From positions 1,155-65,154 of the forward strand of contig JAOQAG010000024.1 in the NCBI GenBank assembly GCA_025963715.1: a DNA stretch of 64,000 nucleotides. Direction: 5' to 3'. The notes beneath the pieces were generated by a model that was not told the origin of the DNA, made no database searches, and worked only from the letters and a program-made list of their open reading frames with translations. Of the stretch, positions 9,076 to 18,999 are shown piece after piece. The stretch comes from Bacteroidota bacterium. Its GTDB lineage: Bacteria > Bacteroidota > Bacteroidia > 2-12-FULL-35-15. Numbering within the stretch: position 1 is the first letter of the stretch; every line of letters starts with the position of its first letter. The position numbers and the translations under genes are program-made.

Positions 9076-11240
9076 TAAGCTACAGTAGATCTCAAAATCA
9101 GCTTATTAATGTCCAGTGCAATTTTTTGAATGTAAATAAACTGATCAGATACTTTTGTTAAGAACGAGCGTTCTTCTTCCGTATGCGATTCGGCAATCGC
9201 CAGTTCCGAACGCTTGATCAGCTCCGGCATTACCGGTTTTCCATCCGAAGTTATTTCCACATGTTCGTTTTTTAAATGCGCCAGAATATTTTTGATCACC
9301 GGTAAAAATTGGGTGGTTTTATCTTTCAGCTGATAGGAATTATACGAAGACAAAGTGGAAACATGCGACAATAATAAGTGATTGAACACGACCAGGCTGT
9401 ATGTTTGAACGCTGTTTTCCTGTTGGCTCTGCGGTTCCGAAAGCATTCGCTGAAAAGCATCCGATAAATTTGCCATCGCCACATAGGCTTCCTTACGCAA
9501 TAATTTATATTGCATTTCATCAATGGCCCCGCCTGCGATTTTCTTTGAAACCAGCTCAAAATAATTGGCATTGGCACGTGTTGCATTTTGCACAAGTGTA
9601 TCCATTTGCTCGCGTTCCCAGCGCGGCGGGATCAGCAGTGTAGCCACAAACGCCAAAGCAGAACCGATGAGTGTATCGATGATGCGATCGCTGATAAGCT
9701 TATTGAAATTATCCACCTGCAATAAATAAAACGAGATCAGTAAATAGATCGTCATCAGGATCACTGCCGGAAAATAATTGATGCGGATAAAACTATACGC
9801 ACCCGCCATTACCACCACCATGATCACCAATAATACAAGCGGTGATTTTATAAAATACAGCAGCAAGGCACCCACCCCAACACCGATCACTGTTCCGAAA
9901 AGCCGGTTCATGTTGCGCTTCTTCGTAAGGCTGTATGCAGGTTTCAGGATCACAAGAATTGTTAGCAAAATCCAGTAATCGTGCCCGATCGGTAATAATT
10001 TAAGGGAAATGTAACCGATAAAAAGTGTAAGGCTTACGCGGATAGAATGCCTGAAAATATTGGAATGCACATTCAGGTTCTCAAAAAATAAACGTGGGTT
10101 GATCTGTGTGTTTGAAACAAATTTATTATAATCCAGCTCCGACTCCACACTTGCTGTAAAGTTGGGATCGTAGGCCGTATAGCGATGCATGATCAAAACA
10201 CTGCTGTAGATGTCCTGGATATTCTCCAGCACATGGCGCAGGCTGGTGATCTCTTCAATGTTGGAAGCGTCCGCCGATTCTTTGCGGTAATAATCAAAAT
10301 AAATTTCCAGCTCTTTGATCGTTTGTTCCGTCAGTGCATCCGGATACGATTTTTTTCCTTCCTGCATCGCTACGCCAATATTTTCGAGCTCAAACGCGAT
10401 CGCTAAAATTGTTTTTTCAAATTCAGCCAGCACTTCATCGTCGATCTTTGCATGCAGCATTTTATAATCCTGCTGCGAGGTCATTACCTGCTCGAATAAA
10501 TCAACGGAATCATTAAAAATAGCGAGCAGCGTACGGCCTTTATGCGTCGAATCTTTTACAATGCTGCGGGTTTTAAATAAAATTTCGCGTACCAGGTCCT
10601 GCTTCGTGTGCAGCTTCACCTGTCGCTCTATCAGGGCGGTGTAGCTTTCGTCATAATTTACATTTTTGCTATATAATGATGCTTTGACCTGCATGTATTT
10701 CGCGATCGATAAAATGGAATCACCGATGGCTTGCTGCGCCAATTTATAAGGCCGCAAACGGTTGAGCAATACGCTCCATAAAAAATACCAGCAGCCACCG
10801 ATCAGGATAAAAAGCGAATGCAGTACTAATTTTTTTGTATCGTAATTATCGTCAATGTTCAGGATCATGATCAATAATGCAGCAATACCAATGGAAGTAG
10901 CACGCGCACCGTAAATGCCCGCCATCGAAAAAATAAAACTAAAGATCAGTAATTCAATTGCCAGCAGCCAATGATGATTGGCGCTAAAACCGGTGATCAG
11001 CGAAATGGCAAATACCAGCGCGATCGAGATCAGCATTCCGTTTACACGATGATGCAATGGACCCGGACTATCGCACACATTGATGCACAGCGCCCCAAGC
11101 GCAATCACAACGCCCATGGGGATATTGCCAATGTACGCCGAAATAATGATCGGGATCATGATGGCGGCGGTAATCCGCAACCCATCGGTTACATAATAAC
11201 TGGTGGTGAATTGTTTGTATGATTTAAGGAAGTCCGGCAT
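9075..11240 (-). CDS. YccS/YhfK (FUSC-like) family integral membrane protein
   Basis: 721 aa with two blocks of hydrophobic helices separated by a large soluble region, the YccS/FUSC architecture. Confidence 0.65.
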   Translation of the reverse strand: MPDFLKSYKQFTTSYYVTDGLRITAAIMIPIIISAYIGNIPMGVVIALGALCINVCDSPGPLHHRVNGMLISIALVFAISLITGFSANHHWLLAIELLIFSFIFSMAGIYGARATSIGIAALLIMILNIDDNYDTKKLVLHSLFILIGGCWYFLWSVLLNRLRPYKLAQQAIGDSILSIAKYMQVKASLYSKNVNYDESYTALIERQVKLHTKQDLVREILFKTRSIVKDSTHKGRTLLAIFNDSVDLFEQVMTSQQDYKMLHAKIDDEVLAEFEKTILAIAFELENIGVAMQEGKKSYPDALTEQTIKELEIYFDYYRKESADASNIEEITSLRHVLENIQDIYSSVLIMHRYTAYDPNFTASVESELDYNKFVSNTQINPRLFFENLNVHSNIFRHSIRVSLTLFIGYISLKLLPIGHDYWILLTILVILKPAYSLTKKRNMNRLFGTVIGVGVGALLLYFIKSPLVLLVIMVVVMAGAYSFIRINYFPAVILMTIYLLISFYLLQVDNFNKLISDRIIDTLIGSALAFVATLLIPPRWEREQMDTLVQNATRANANYFELVSKKIAGGAIDEMQYKLLRKEAYVAMANLSDAFQRMLSEPQSQQENSVQTYSLVVFNHLLLSHVSTLSSYNSYQLKDKTTQFLPVIKNILAHLKNEHVEITSDGKPVMPELIKRSELAIAESHTEEERSFLTKVSDQFIYIQKIALDINKLILRSTVA

Positions 11241-11284
11241 CTTATAAAACCATCGTGGTTTACTTTAATAGTATTCTTTTTCAA

Positions 11285-11424
11285 GACTGTCATCCCGCAC
11301 TTGTTGCGGGATCGCATAAATGTTTGCAGTAACAATCTAATACTAATATATTTAATATCAATATTAAAACACTTTAGGTTTCATAATTAACCGATCCCGC
11401 AACAAGTGCGGGATGACAGTCGGT
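11285..11424. repeat. MITE-like unit: family-B inverted repeats (gtcatcccgcacttgttgcgggat / atcccgcaacaagtgcgggatgac) flanking a ~70-bp AT-rich core
   Basis: The two terminal copies are inverted and flank the AT-rich core. The unit lies in the yccS-tex intergenic gap. Confidence 0.65.
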
Positions 11425-11550
11425 TTGGTGCTATTCTCTCCGCAACAATATAATTTTTTAATCCGTGAATCTGTGGCTTCTCTTCAATTTAAGTACAAAT
11501 AAAAAATCAGTGCCAACCGCTCATCATAATCTGTTTTCACACACAATACT

Positions 11551-11599
11551 CGCCTCGCCCCCTCTCTTGTGGAGAGGGGATGAAGGGGTGAGGTCTGCC
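11551..11599. repeat. REP-like element, family A (inverted orientation)
   Basis: cgcctcgccccctctcttgtggagaggggatgaaggggtgaggtctgcc. It abuts the tex stop codon. Confidence 0.8.
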
Positions 11600-13863
11600 T
11601 ATTTAAACTTATCCTTCAGCGCCGCCAGCTGCGAAGCAAAATCATTTGCAGGAGGTTCCTGCTTGCCTTTTTTGTTTGGATTGCTATTATTTATTATCGG
11701 TTTTGCTGCTGGTGCTGCCGGTGCCGAAACATTGTCTTTCATGGTGAGAGCAATGCGCTTGCGTTGCTCATCCACTTCCGTAACCGTTACTGTTACTTGT
11801 TGCTGCACTTTCACCACCGTGTTCGGATCGGAAACAAACGTATTTGACAATTGCGAAATATGCACCAGTCCATCCTGGTGAACGCCAATATCCACAAACG
11901 CGCCAAAATTGGTAACATTCGTTACAATTCCCGGCAGCTTCATTCCCACACGCAGGTCTTTTATTTCATGCACCGTATCATCAAATTTAAATACTTCAAA
12001 TGATTTGCGCGGATCGCGGCCGGGTTTGTCCAGCTCATGAATAATATCTGTCAGGGTTGGTAATCCAACTGTTTCCGTTACATATTTCGGCAATGTAATT
12101 TGTTTGCGCAGTTCTTTTTCTGCCATTAGTTGTTCGATCGTGCAATTAAGATCGGTTGCCATTTTTTCCACAATGTGGTAGCTTTCCGGATGCACCGCGC
12201 TTTTATCCAGTGGATGTTTTCCGTTGGAAATGCGCATAAAACCGGCAGCCTGCTCGTATGCTTTTTCGCCCATGCGCGGCACTTTCAATAATTCTTTCCG
12301 TGATTTGAACGGCCCGTTCTCATTTCGGTATTCCACAATATTTCGCGCCAGCTGCGGGCCTAAACCCGATACATACGTCAGTAATTGTTTGCTGGCCGTA
12401 TTCACCTCCACACCTACTTTATTTACAGAACTTTCTACTACTTCATCCAGTTTTTTCTTTAGTAAATACTGATCCACATCGTGCTGGTATTGTCCCACAC
12501 CAATTGATTTTGCATCGATCTTTACCAGCTCCGCCAGTGGATCAGCCAATCTGCGGCCAATGGAAACCGCACCACGTACGGTAAGATCTTTGTCAGGAAA
12601 TTCTTCCCGCGCCACATCCGAAGCCGAATAAATAGAAGCGCCGCTTTCATTCACCATAATGATGTTGATGTCTTTCGGCAATTCTTCAATGCTGCGGATA
12701 AATGTTTCGGTTTCTCTTCCGGCGGTTCCGTTTCCAATCGCAATTGCTTCCAGGTTATATTTTGCGCAGAAAGCGATCACCGTTTGTTTGGTATGGAAAA
12801 TTTTATTCTGCTCGTGCGGATAGATCACCGTATCTTCCAGTAATTTTCCTTGTTTGTCGAGCGCCACAACTTTACATCCGGTACGGAATCCCGGATCAAT
12901 TGCCAGGATCGCTTTTTGGCCGAGTGGCGATGCCAATAATAATTCACGCAAATTATCTGCAAATACCTGGATCGCTTTTTCATCCGCCAGTTCTTTTGTC
13001 AGCATGCGCATCTCACTTTCAATCGAACTTTGCATCATGCGGTTGTACGAATCATCCACTGCTAATTTCACTTGTTCGGCAGCGGAATTATTCGCCGTTA
13101 CAAATTGTTTTCTTAAAAGATCCAATGCGTTTTCTTCCGGCGGTGCAATAAAAATGCTCAGCACTTCTTCGCTCTCTCCCCTGCGGATCGCGAGTAATCG
13201 ATGCGATGGACAATTCATCAGCAATTCTTCCCATTCAAAATAATCTTTGAATTTTTCTCCGCTTTCTTCTTTCCCTTTCAGCACTTTGCTTTTGATCGTT
13301 GCTTCCCGCTTGAATAAATTACGGATCTTATCGCGTGCTTCCGCATTTTCATTTACCCATTCGGCGATGATGTCGCGTGCGCCAGCCAATGCCTCATCCG
13401 AAGTTTTTACTTCTTTTTCTTCCGAGATGAATTTATCCGCTTCCGCATTCACATTGATCTTTCCCTGCTCGAATATAATTTGTGCCAAGGGCTCCAGTCC
13501 TTTTTCACGCGCAATGGTAGCGCGCGTCCTGCGTTTTGGTTTGTAAGGCAGGTAAATATCTTCCAGCGTCGACAGTGTTTCCGCCGCACGCAATTGTTCT
13601 ATTAATTCGGGTGTTAATTTTCCCTGTCCTTCAATGGAATCAATGATGAACTCGCGGCGTTTTTCCAATGCGCGCAAACGCTCTATCTCATCCCGTACAT
13701 TTGCTACCTGCACCTCATCCAAGCTGCCCGTCATTTCTTTCCGGTAACGGGAAATAAAAGGGATCGTGGCACCTTCATCCAACAGATCAACCGTGGCGCT
13801 TACCTGCTGCTCACGGATATTTAATTGTAATGCAATCTTTTTATAAAAACGTATTTCCGACAT
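11599..13863 (-). CDS. tex: transcription accessory protein Tex (S1 RNA-binding domain protein)
   Basis: MSEIRFYKKIALQLNIREQQVSATVDLLDEGATIPFISRYRKE is the canonical Tex N-terminus. YqgF/HhH and C-terminal S1 regions follow. The start is trimmed to MSEIRF. Confidence 0.9.
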   Translation of the reverse strand: MSEIRFYKKIALQLNIREQQVSATVDLLDEGATIPFISRYRKEMTGSLDEVQVANVRDEIERLRALEKRREFIIDSIEGQGKLTPELIEQLRAAETLSTLEDIYLPYKPKRRTRATIAREKGLEPLAQIIFEQGKINVNAEADKFISEEKEVKTSDEALAGARDIIAEWVNENAEARDKIRNLFKREATIKSKVLKGKEESGEKFKDYFEWEELLMNCPSHRLLAIRRGESEEVLSIFIAPPEENALDLLRKQFVTANNSAAEQVKLAVDDSYNRMMQSSIESEMRMLTKELADEKAIQVFADNLRELLLASPLGQKAILAIDPGFRTGCKVVALDKQGKLLEDTVIYPHEQNKIFHTKQTVIAFCAKYNLEAIAIGNGTAGRETETFIRSIEELPKDINIIMVNESGASIYSASDVAREEFPDKDLTVRGAVSIGRRLADPLAELVKIDAKSIGVGQYQHDVDQYLLKKKLDEVVESSVNKVGVEVNTASKQLLTYVSGLGPQLARNIVEYRNENGPFKSRKELLKVPRMGEKAYEQAAGFMRISNGKHPLDKSAVHPESYHIVEKMATDLNCTIEQLMAEKELRKQITLPKYVTETVGLPTLTDIIHELDKPGRDPRKSFEVFKFDDTVHEIKDLRVGMKLPGIVTNVTNFGAFVDIGVHQDGLVHISQLSNTFVSDPNTVVKVQQQVTVTVTEVDEQRKRIALTMKDNVSAPAAPAAKPIINNSNPNKKGKQEPPANDFASQLAALKDKFK

Positions 13864-14021
13864 GTATTTTAATTTTTTTAATATCACAAATATAGCCAAT
13901 AGAGAATGGTAGAACTATTAATATTTTCAACACTTTTAACACAGAGGGCACAGAGGTTTTAGAGCTTCACGGAGAAGAGTTTTTATATAAAAAAATATTA
14001 ATAAAAACTACACTAAGATTA

Positions 14022-14170
14022 ACACACCCCTAACCCCTCTCAAGAGGGGAATGCATCCTGCAAGCATTTGGAATATATTATTATTTTGTAATTTTCTTAA
14101 AAACTATATTTTACAATTTCAGAAGAATGATTCAGTTCCCCTCTTGAGAGGGGTTAGGGGTGTGTTCTGC
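14022..14170. repeat. MITE-like unit: inverted copies of cccctcttgagaggggttaggggtgtg (family A') flanking an ~85-bp AT-rich core
   Basis: Arms at 14022-14058 and 14144-14170. A single further copy sits at 30977-31012. Confidence 0.65.
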
Positions 14171-14202
14171 ATATAGCATAAGCACTGCATCTGCGCACAG
14201 CA

Positions 14203-14240
14203 AAACTTTGAACTTTTGAACTTTAAACTTTGAACTTTTT
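14203..14240. repeat. short tandem aactttgaactttaaactttgaac element (family E)
   Basis: Copies at 30819-30853, 57757-57800 and 57937-57980. Confidence 0.7.
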
Positions 14241-16351
14241 TATGAAATCCTGCTCCAGTTTGTCATCGCTCTTCCCATCATCGAAAAATGATACGCGATG
14301 TTTGCATTTTCGGGATTTTGCAATTCGGGATCTTCGGAAAGTAATTCAATCACCATATTGCGCGCCGCATGCAGGATGGGTGCATCTTTAGAAAGATCGG
14401 CGATATTAAGATCCAGCTCACCGCTTTGCATAGTGCCTGCCATATCACCGGGGCCGCGTAATTTCAGATCCACATCCGCGATCTCAAAACCATCGTTGGT
14501 ACGGCACATTGTTTCCATACGCAATTTACTATCGGGGCCTAATTTATTTCCTGTCATTAAAATACAATACGATTGATCGGCACCGCGGCCAACCCTTCCG
14601 CGCAGCTGGTGCAACTGCGATAAGCCAAAACGTTCGGCACTTTCAATCACCATCACGCTGGCATTCGGAACGTTCACTCCCACTTCAATCACTGTAGTGG
14701 CCACCATAATTTGCGTTTCTCTTTTTACAAAACGCTGCATCTCGTATTCTTTTGCATCCGCTTTCATTTGTCCGTGTACAATGCTCACCTGGTAAGTTGG
14801 CTGCGGAAATGCGCGCACCACACTTTCATAGCCATCCATCAGATCCTTGTAATCCATCTTCTCCGATTCCTTGATCAGCGGATACACAATATAGATCTGC
14901 CTTCCCAATTCGATCTGTTCTTTCATAAAACCAAACACGCGCATACGGTTGCTGTCAAAGCGATGTACGGTTTGGATCGGTTTTCGTCCCGGTGGCATTT
15001 CATCGATCACGCTCACATCCAGATCGCCGTAAAGCGTCATTGCCAGTGTACGTGGAATGGGTGTGGCGCTCATGATCAGCACATGCGGCGCGATGATATT
15101 TTTCGCCCACATTTTTGCACGCTGTGCCACACCAAAACGGTGCTGCTCATCGATCACCACCAAACCAATATTTTTAAACTGCACTACATCTTCCAGCAAG
15201 GCATGTGTACCGATCAGGATCTGCATGTTGCCATTCTGCAATTGTTCGTGCAGGATCCTGCGTGCTTTTGTGCGTGTGGATCCGGTGAGTAAACCCACCG
15301 TAATATTTAAAGGTTTTAATAATTCCGAGATCGTTTCATAATGCTGGTTTGCCAATATTTCCGTTGGCGCCATCAGGCAGGTTTGAAAACCATTGTCAAG
15401 CGCGATCAGCATGTTCATCAATGCCACCAGTGTTTTTCCGCTTCCCACATCGCCCTGTACCAGGCGGTTCATTTGCCTGCCGCTGCCCATATCCAGGCGA
15501 ATTTCCTTGATCACGCGTTTTTGTGCGCCCGTTAATTCAAAAGGCAAATGATGATTAAAAAAATTATTGAAATAATCCCCCACTTTCGAAAATACATTTC
15601 CCCGCACATTTTTTTCGCGTAGACCTTTTTGCCGCAGCAGCTTTAACTGGATGAAAAACAATTCATCAAATTTTAACCGGAACTGCGCATATTTTAATGC
15701 TTCCGGATTTTTCGGAAGATGGATTTGTCTGATCGCTTCTTCTCTCGAAATTAATTGAAAGCGTTCTTTGATTGAATTAGAAAGTGTTTCAGGAATGTTA
15801 TTTTTCAGCTGCGCCACCAGCAATTTTTGCAAACGGGCAATTCCCTTCGTATCCAGGCCCCGCACTTTTAATCGTTCGGTACTATTGTAAACCGCCTGCA
15901 AGGCACTTGCCAGCAAGGTGTTTTCTTCGCTCACCGGATCGATCTCCGGATGCGCAATGTTAAATTTTCCGTTAAATGCCGTCGGTTTCCCGAAGATTAC
16001 ATACTCGTTGCTCATGTGCGGCTTGATCCGTTCGGAAACCCATTTGGCACCCTGGAACCATACCAGTTCCAACACACCTGTGCCATCAGAGAACATCGCA
16101 ACGAAGCGTTTTGTACGTTTGGTTCCCACAAATTCCGTACTCACAATTTTTCCGCGCAGCTGCACATACGGCAGATCGGCATTGATCTCTTTTATTTTAT
16201 AAAATTTGGTACGATCAACATACCGGAAGGGATAAAACGTAAGCAGGTCGTTGTAATTAAAAATGCGCAGCTCTTTTTTAAGCAGATCGGCTTTTTGAGG
16301 GCCAACGCCTTTGAGGTATTCGATAGGAGTATTTAAAAAGTTGCCCGACAT
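14240..16351 (-). CDS. recG: ATP-dependent DNA helicase RecG
   Basis: 703 aa with wedge domain plus DEAD/DEAH helicase motifs (GDVGSGKT, DEQHRFG). Confidence 0.95.
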   Translation of the reverse strand: MSGNFLNTPIEYLKGVGPQKADLLKKELRIFNYNDLLTFYPFRYVDRTKFYKIKEINADLPYVQLRGKIVSTEFVGTKRTKRFVAMFSDGTGVLELVWFQGAKWVSERIKPHMSNEYVIFGKPTAFNGKFNIAHPEIDPVSEENTLLASALQAVYNSTERLKVRGLDTKGIARLQKLLVAQLKNNIPETLSNSIKERFQLISREEAIRQIHLPKNPEALKYAQFRLKFDELFFIQLKLLRQKGLREKNVRGNVFSKVGDYFNNFFNHHLPFELTGAQKRVIKEIRLDMGSGRQMNRLVQGDVGSGKTLVALMNMLIALDNGFQTCLMAPTEILANQHYETISELLKPLNITVGLLTGSTRTKARRILHEQLQNGNMQILIGTHALLEDVVQFKNIGLVVIDEQHRFGVAQRAKMWAKNIIAPHVLIMSATPIPRTLAMTLYGDLDVSVIDEMPPGRKPIQTVHRFDSNRMRVFGFMKEQIELGRQIYIVYPLIKESEKMDYKDLMDGYESVVRAFPQPTYQVSIVHGQMKADAKEYEMQRFVKRETQIMVATTVIEVGVNVPNASVMVIESAERFGLSQLHQLRGRVGRGADQSYCILMTGNKLGPDSKLRMETMCRTNDGFEIADVDLKLRGPGDMAGTMQSGELDLNIADLSKDAPILHAARNMVIELLSEDPELQNPENANIAYHFSMMGRAMTNWSRIS

Positions 16352-16412
16352 ATTTTACAATGCGAATTTACTCAAAAAAAAGAACCGGATTTACGAATAA
16401 TCGTGTAAAAGG

Positions 16413-16446
16413 AACGCCCCGGTATCTCTCTCATACCGGGGCGTTA
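16413..16446 (-). terminator. perfect 14-bp-stem hairpin (aacgccccggtat...ataccggggcgtt) just downstream of the LTXXQ gene
   Basis: Read directly. The T-richness on the minus strand is moderate. Confidence 0.55.
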
Positions 16447-16467
16447 AACTAAACTAAACAACTACTT

Positions 16468-16866
16468 TTATTTTTGCACAGGAAGTGCGGGGGGAGGGTT
16501 ATCGTTGGCCGGTGGTGCCGGAGTCATTCTCTTTTGAGTGCGTTTTTGCTTCATTTCTTCTTTTTTCTGTTCAAACTTTTGGTATTGATCAGGTGTAAGG
16601 ATCGTTTTAAATTCGGCATCTACTTTTTCCATCTCCGCTTTGCGTTTTGCTTCTCCGTCTTCCCTGTCTCTCTCGCGTTTCAGGATCACATCTTTTACTT
16701 TTGCCTGTTGATCTGCTGTCAGCGCCAGCTCTTTTGCCATGCGTTTCGACATATTATCAGCGCGTTCTTCCGGCGTTTTTTTCGGTGGCGGCTGTTTCTC
16801 ATTCTGCGCGTTCATATTTACAGCTGCTATCGAAACTATAAATAAAATCATCATTAATTTTCTCAT
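16468..16866 (-). CDS. periplasmic LTXXQ-motif protein (Spy/CpxP-like) with signal peptide
   Basis: Signal peptide MRKLMMILFIVSIAAVNMNAQ. Two LTxxQ motifs (LTADQQ, LTPDQY) in a K/E-rich helical protein. Confidence 0.65.
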   Translation of the reverse strand: MRKLMMILFIVSIAAVNMNAQNEKQPPPKKTPEERADNMSKRMAKELALTADQQAKVKDVILKRERDREDGEAKRKAEMEKVDAEFKTILTPDQYQKFEQKKEEMKQKRTQKRMTPAPPANDNPPPALPVQK

Positions 16867-16994
16867 TTGCGGGATGTATTTTAAATGTTACTTGTGGGTA
16901 TGACCGGAGAAAATAACGAAGGTTTAACCGGGGAGTAATTTTTTTTATTTTAGCTTTGTTTTGTCTCCCCGAAAGGGAATAAACCGGCAATCCA

Positions 16995-17471
16995 ATGAAA
17001 AAACTAATTCCTTTTCTTTCCCTGATCTTCCTTGCGGGATGTAGCAATAATTCCACAACACTGCAGGTAGAATTTGCGGATGTTTCGGGCCTGCAAACCG
17101 GCTCGCCGCTGCTGTTAAATGGTTTAAAAGTGGGGGAAGTCAAAAAATTCAGCGTGCTGCCTTCCGCTCATATTCTTACGGAGGTGGAACTGAATCCGCT
17201 TGCAAAGCTGCATCAGAATGATACGTTCATGATCGCTTCCCTTGATCTGCTGGGAAGTAAAGGGATCATCGTAAAAGTAAGTAATTCAACAATGGTTCTG
17301 GATCTTGGCCAGGTTCAAAAAGGAATACTTGAACCAACTATCTTGGATACTTCTTTTGTGACCGCCGCCGGAAAAATATTTGGCAAAATTACCACGGAAG
17401 CGCAACTCGACAGCCTGGAAAAGGAAGTGAAGAAGCTGAATAAAAATGTGGAGGAATTGAGGAAGAAGTAG
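16995..17471 (+). CDS. MCE/MlaD-domain lipoprotein
   Basis: Lipobox LAGCS. VSGLQTGSPLLLNGLKVGEVKKF matches the MCE-domain core. Confidence 0.6.
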   Translation: MKKLIPFLSLIFLAGCSNNSTTLQVEFADVSGLQTGSPLLLNGLKVGEVKKFSVLPSAHILTEVELNPLAKLHQNDTFMIASLDLLGSKGIIVKVSNSTMVLDLGQVQKGILEPTILDTSFVTAAGKIFGKITTEAQLDSLEKEVKKLNKNVEELRKK

Positions 17472-17474
17472 TGG

Positions 17475-17760
17475 CTCGCGTGCCCGCGTTTTTTTCTCGC
17501 AGAGACGCAGAGCTGGGTGATCCTGTGTGTTTTGTCTCGCAAAGTTCGCAAAGGCTGTGTGTAATGTATTTCTTATTCTCTAAACTTATTTATTTTTTTC
17601 TCTGCGATCTCTGCGTCTCCGCGAGCAACCTTTTAGAGCCTGCGAGTTTTTCTTTGCGTGCTTTGCGCCTTTGCGAGAAAAAAATGCGGGCCTGCGAGCA
17701 AACACAGTTTACACACAGTCTAACATCCAAGATCTAAAAATCCCCGTCCGAACGGATTCA
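17475..17760. repeat. cluster of short direct and inverted repeats built on CTCGCA(A)AG / CTTTGCGAG / CTCTGCG words
   Basis: ctcgcagagacgcagag ... ctctgcgatctctgcgtctccgcgag ... cctttgcgag ... cctgcgagc. The listed ORF 17471..17737 lies entirely in this repeat material. Confidence 0.6.
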
Positions 17761-17780
17761 TCCGGGCGGGCAACATCCGT

Positions 17781-18806
17781 TTAAATCGTCCAGGTATTTT
17801 TTCCCCGTATCAATGCATCCAGGTCACCTTTGCCTTTTTGTGCAATGGCTTCTTCGATCTGTGCATTAAATGCTTTTTCGTAAGAGAAACGCTCTTCCTG
17901 GTAAAATACACCAAACGGACGCGGCAATGCATCTTCGGAACCGCCTGCATCAAAAAAGCGCACGAGGATACTTGCTTTTACCTGGTCTTTTTCATCGTGG
18001 ATCCATAAGTCGTTTGCCGAAACATCCGCCACGTTTACGATCGTTGGTTTAAAGCCATCCAACTTAATTCCTTTTTCGTTGTTTAAACCAAACGTTAAGG
18101 GTTTGCCTTGCTCAACAAAAAGTGTATTTAATTTTTTGGTTGCTTTTTCGGTAAACACTTCAAAAGCACCGTCGTTGAACACATTACAATTCTGGTAAAT
18201 TTCCACCATCGATGTTCCGGTGTGCGCATTGGCGCGTTTCAGGATCTCCCGCAGGTGAACAGGATCGCGGTCCATGCTGCGTGCAATAAATGTAGAATCC
18301 GCACCGAGGCACAATGCCAGTGGATTGAACGGATGATCCACAGAACCCATCGGGGTTGATTTTGCTACTTTTCCTAAAGGAGAAGTCGGAGAATATTGTC
18401 CTTTTGTTAAACCGTAAATTTCGTTGTTGAACATCAACACATTCACATCAAAATTACGGCGTAATAAATGGATCAGGTGATTGCCGCCAATTGATAAGGC
18501 ATCACCATCACCGGTAACGATCCATACGCTCAGATCGGGGCGTGTTGCTTTTAAGCCGCTGGCTATTGCCGTAGCGCGGCCGTGAATACTGTGCATCCCA
18601 AATGTTTCCATGTAATACGGAAAGCGCGATGAGCAGCCGATCCCGGAAATAAAAACAATATTTTCGCGCGGGATCCCCAACTCCGGCATTACCGTTTGCA
18701 CTTGTTTTAATATCGAATAATCGCCGCAACCCGGGCACCAGCGTACTTCCTGATCGGTTGTAAAATCTTTAGCGGTCAATTTTATGTCTTCGGTTTGTGT
18801 GTCCAT
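17781..18806 (-). CDS. korB: 2-oxoglutarate/2-oxoacid:ferredoxin oxidoreductase, beta (TPP-binding) subunit
   Basis: [20 protein letters not shown] and [14 protein letters not shown]-binding motifs. Confidence 0.9.
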   Translation of the reverse strand: MDTQTEDIKLTAKDFTTDQEVRWCPGCGDYSILKQVQTVMPELGIPRENIVFISGIGCSSRFPYYMETFGMHSIHGRATAIASGLKATRPDLSVWIVTGDGDALSIGGNHLIHLLRRNFDVNVLMFNNEIYGLTKGQYSPTSPLGKVAKSTPMGSVDHPFNPLALCLGADSTFIARSMDRDPVHLREILKRANAHTGTSMVEIYQNCNVFNDGAFEVFTEKATKKLNTLFVEQGKPLTFGLNNEKGIKLDGFKPTIVNVADVSANDLWIHDEKDQVKASILVRFFDAGGSEDALPRPFGVFYQEERFSYEKAFNAQIEEAIAQKGKGDLDALIRGKNTWTI

Positions 18807-18814
18807 CTTACTTT

Positions 18815-18999
18815 TATTTTGTACAACGAATAGCGAATTTTTTCGAATAACGAATCTGTGTACCTACTAAATACCAATTTGTACTAATGTACCAATCTGT
18901 GTTTTTCAAAGTTTACCATTCGTTCTATTCATTAAGTATATAAGTTTGTTACTTTATTATTACAAGCTTTTTTAAGCGTATTGATTCGTAATTCGTTTT
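18815..18999. repeat. intergenic repeat block inside the korA-korB pair: family F (cgaataacgaat) at both ends, family G (ctactaaataccaatctgtactaatataccaatctgtgt) centrally
   Basis: Family G recurs at 59561-59610 and partly at 38066-38090. Family F recurs at 22403-22432 and 52651-52740. Confidence 0.7.

Noticed and set aside
12224-13546. Plus-strand ORFs inside tex
   Set aside because: Shadow ORFs antisense to Tex. Low-complexity Ser/Phe-rich.
17471-17737. 88-aa ORF in the ORF track
   Set aside because: It is composed entirely of the CTCGCAAAG repeat cluster, Cys/Leu/Phe-rich, and sits between convergent genes. Almost certainly non-coding.
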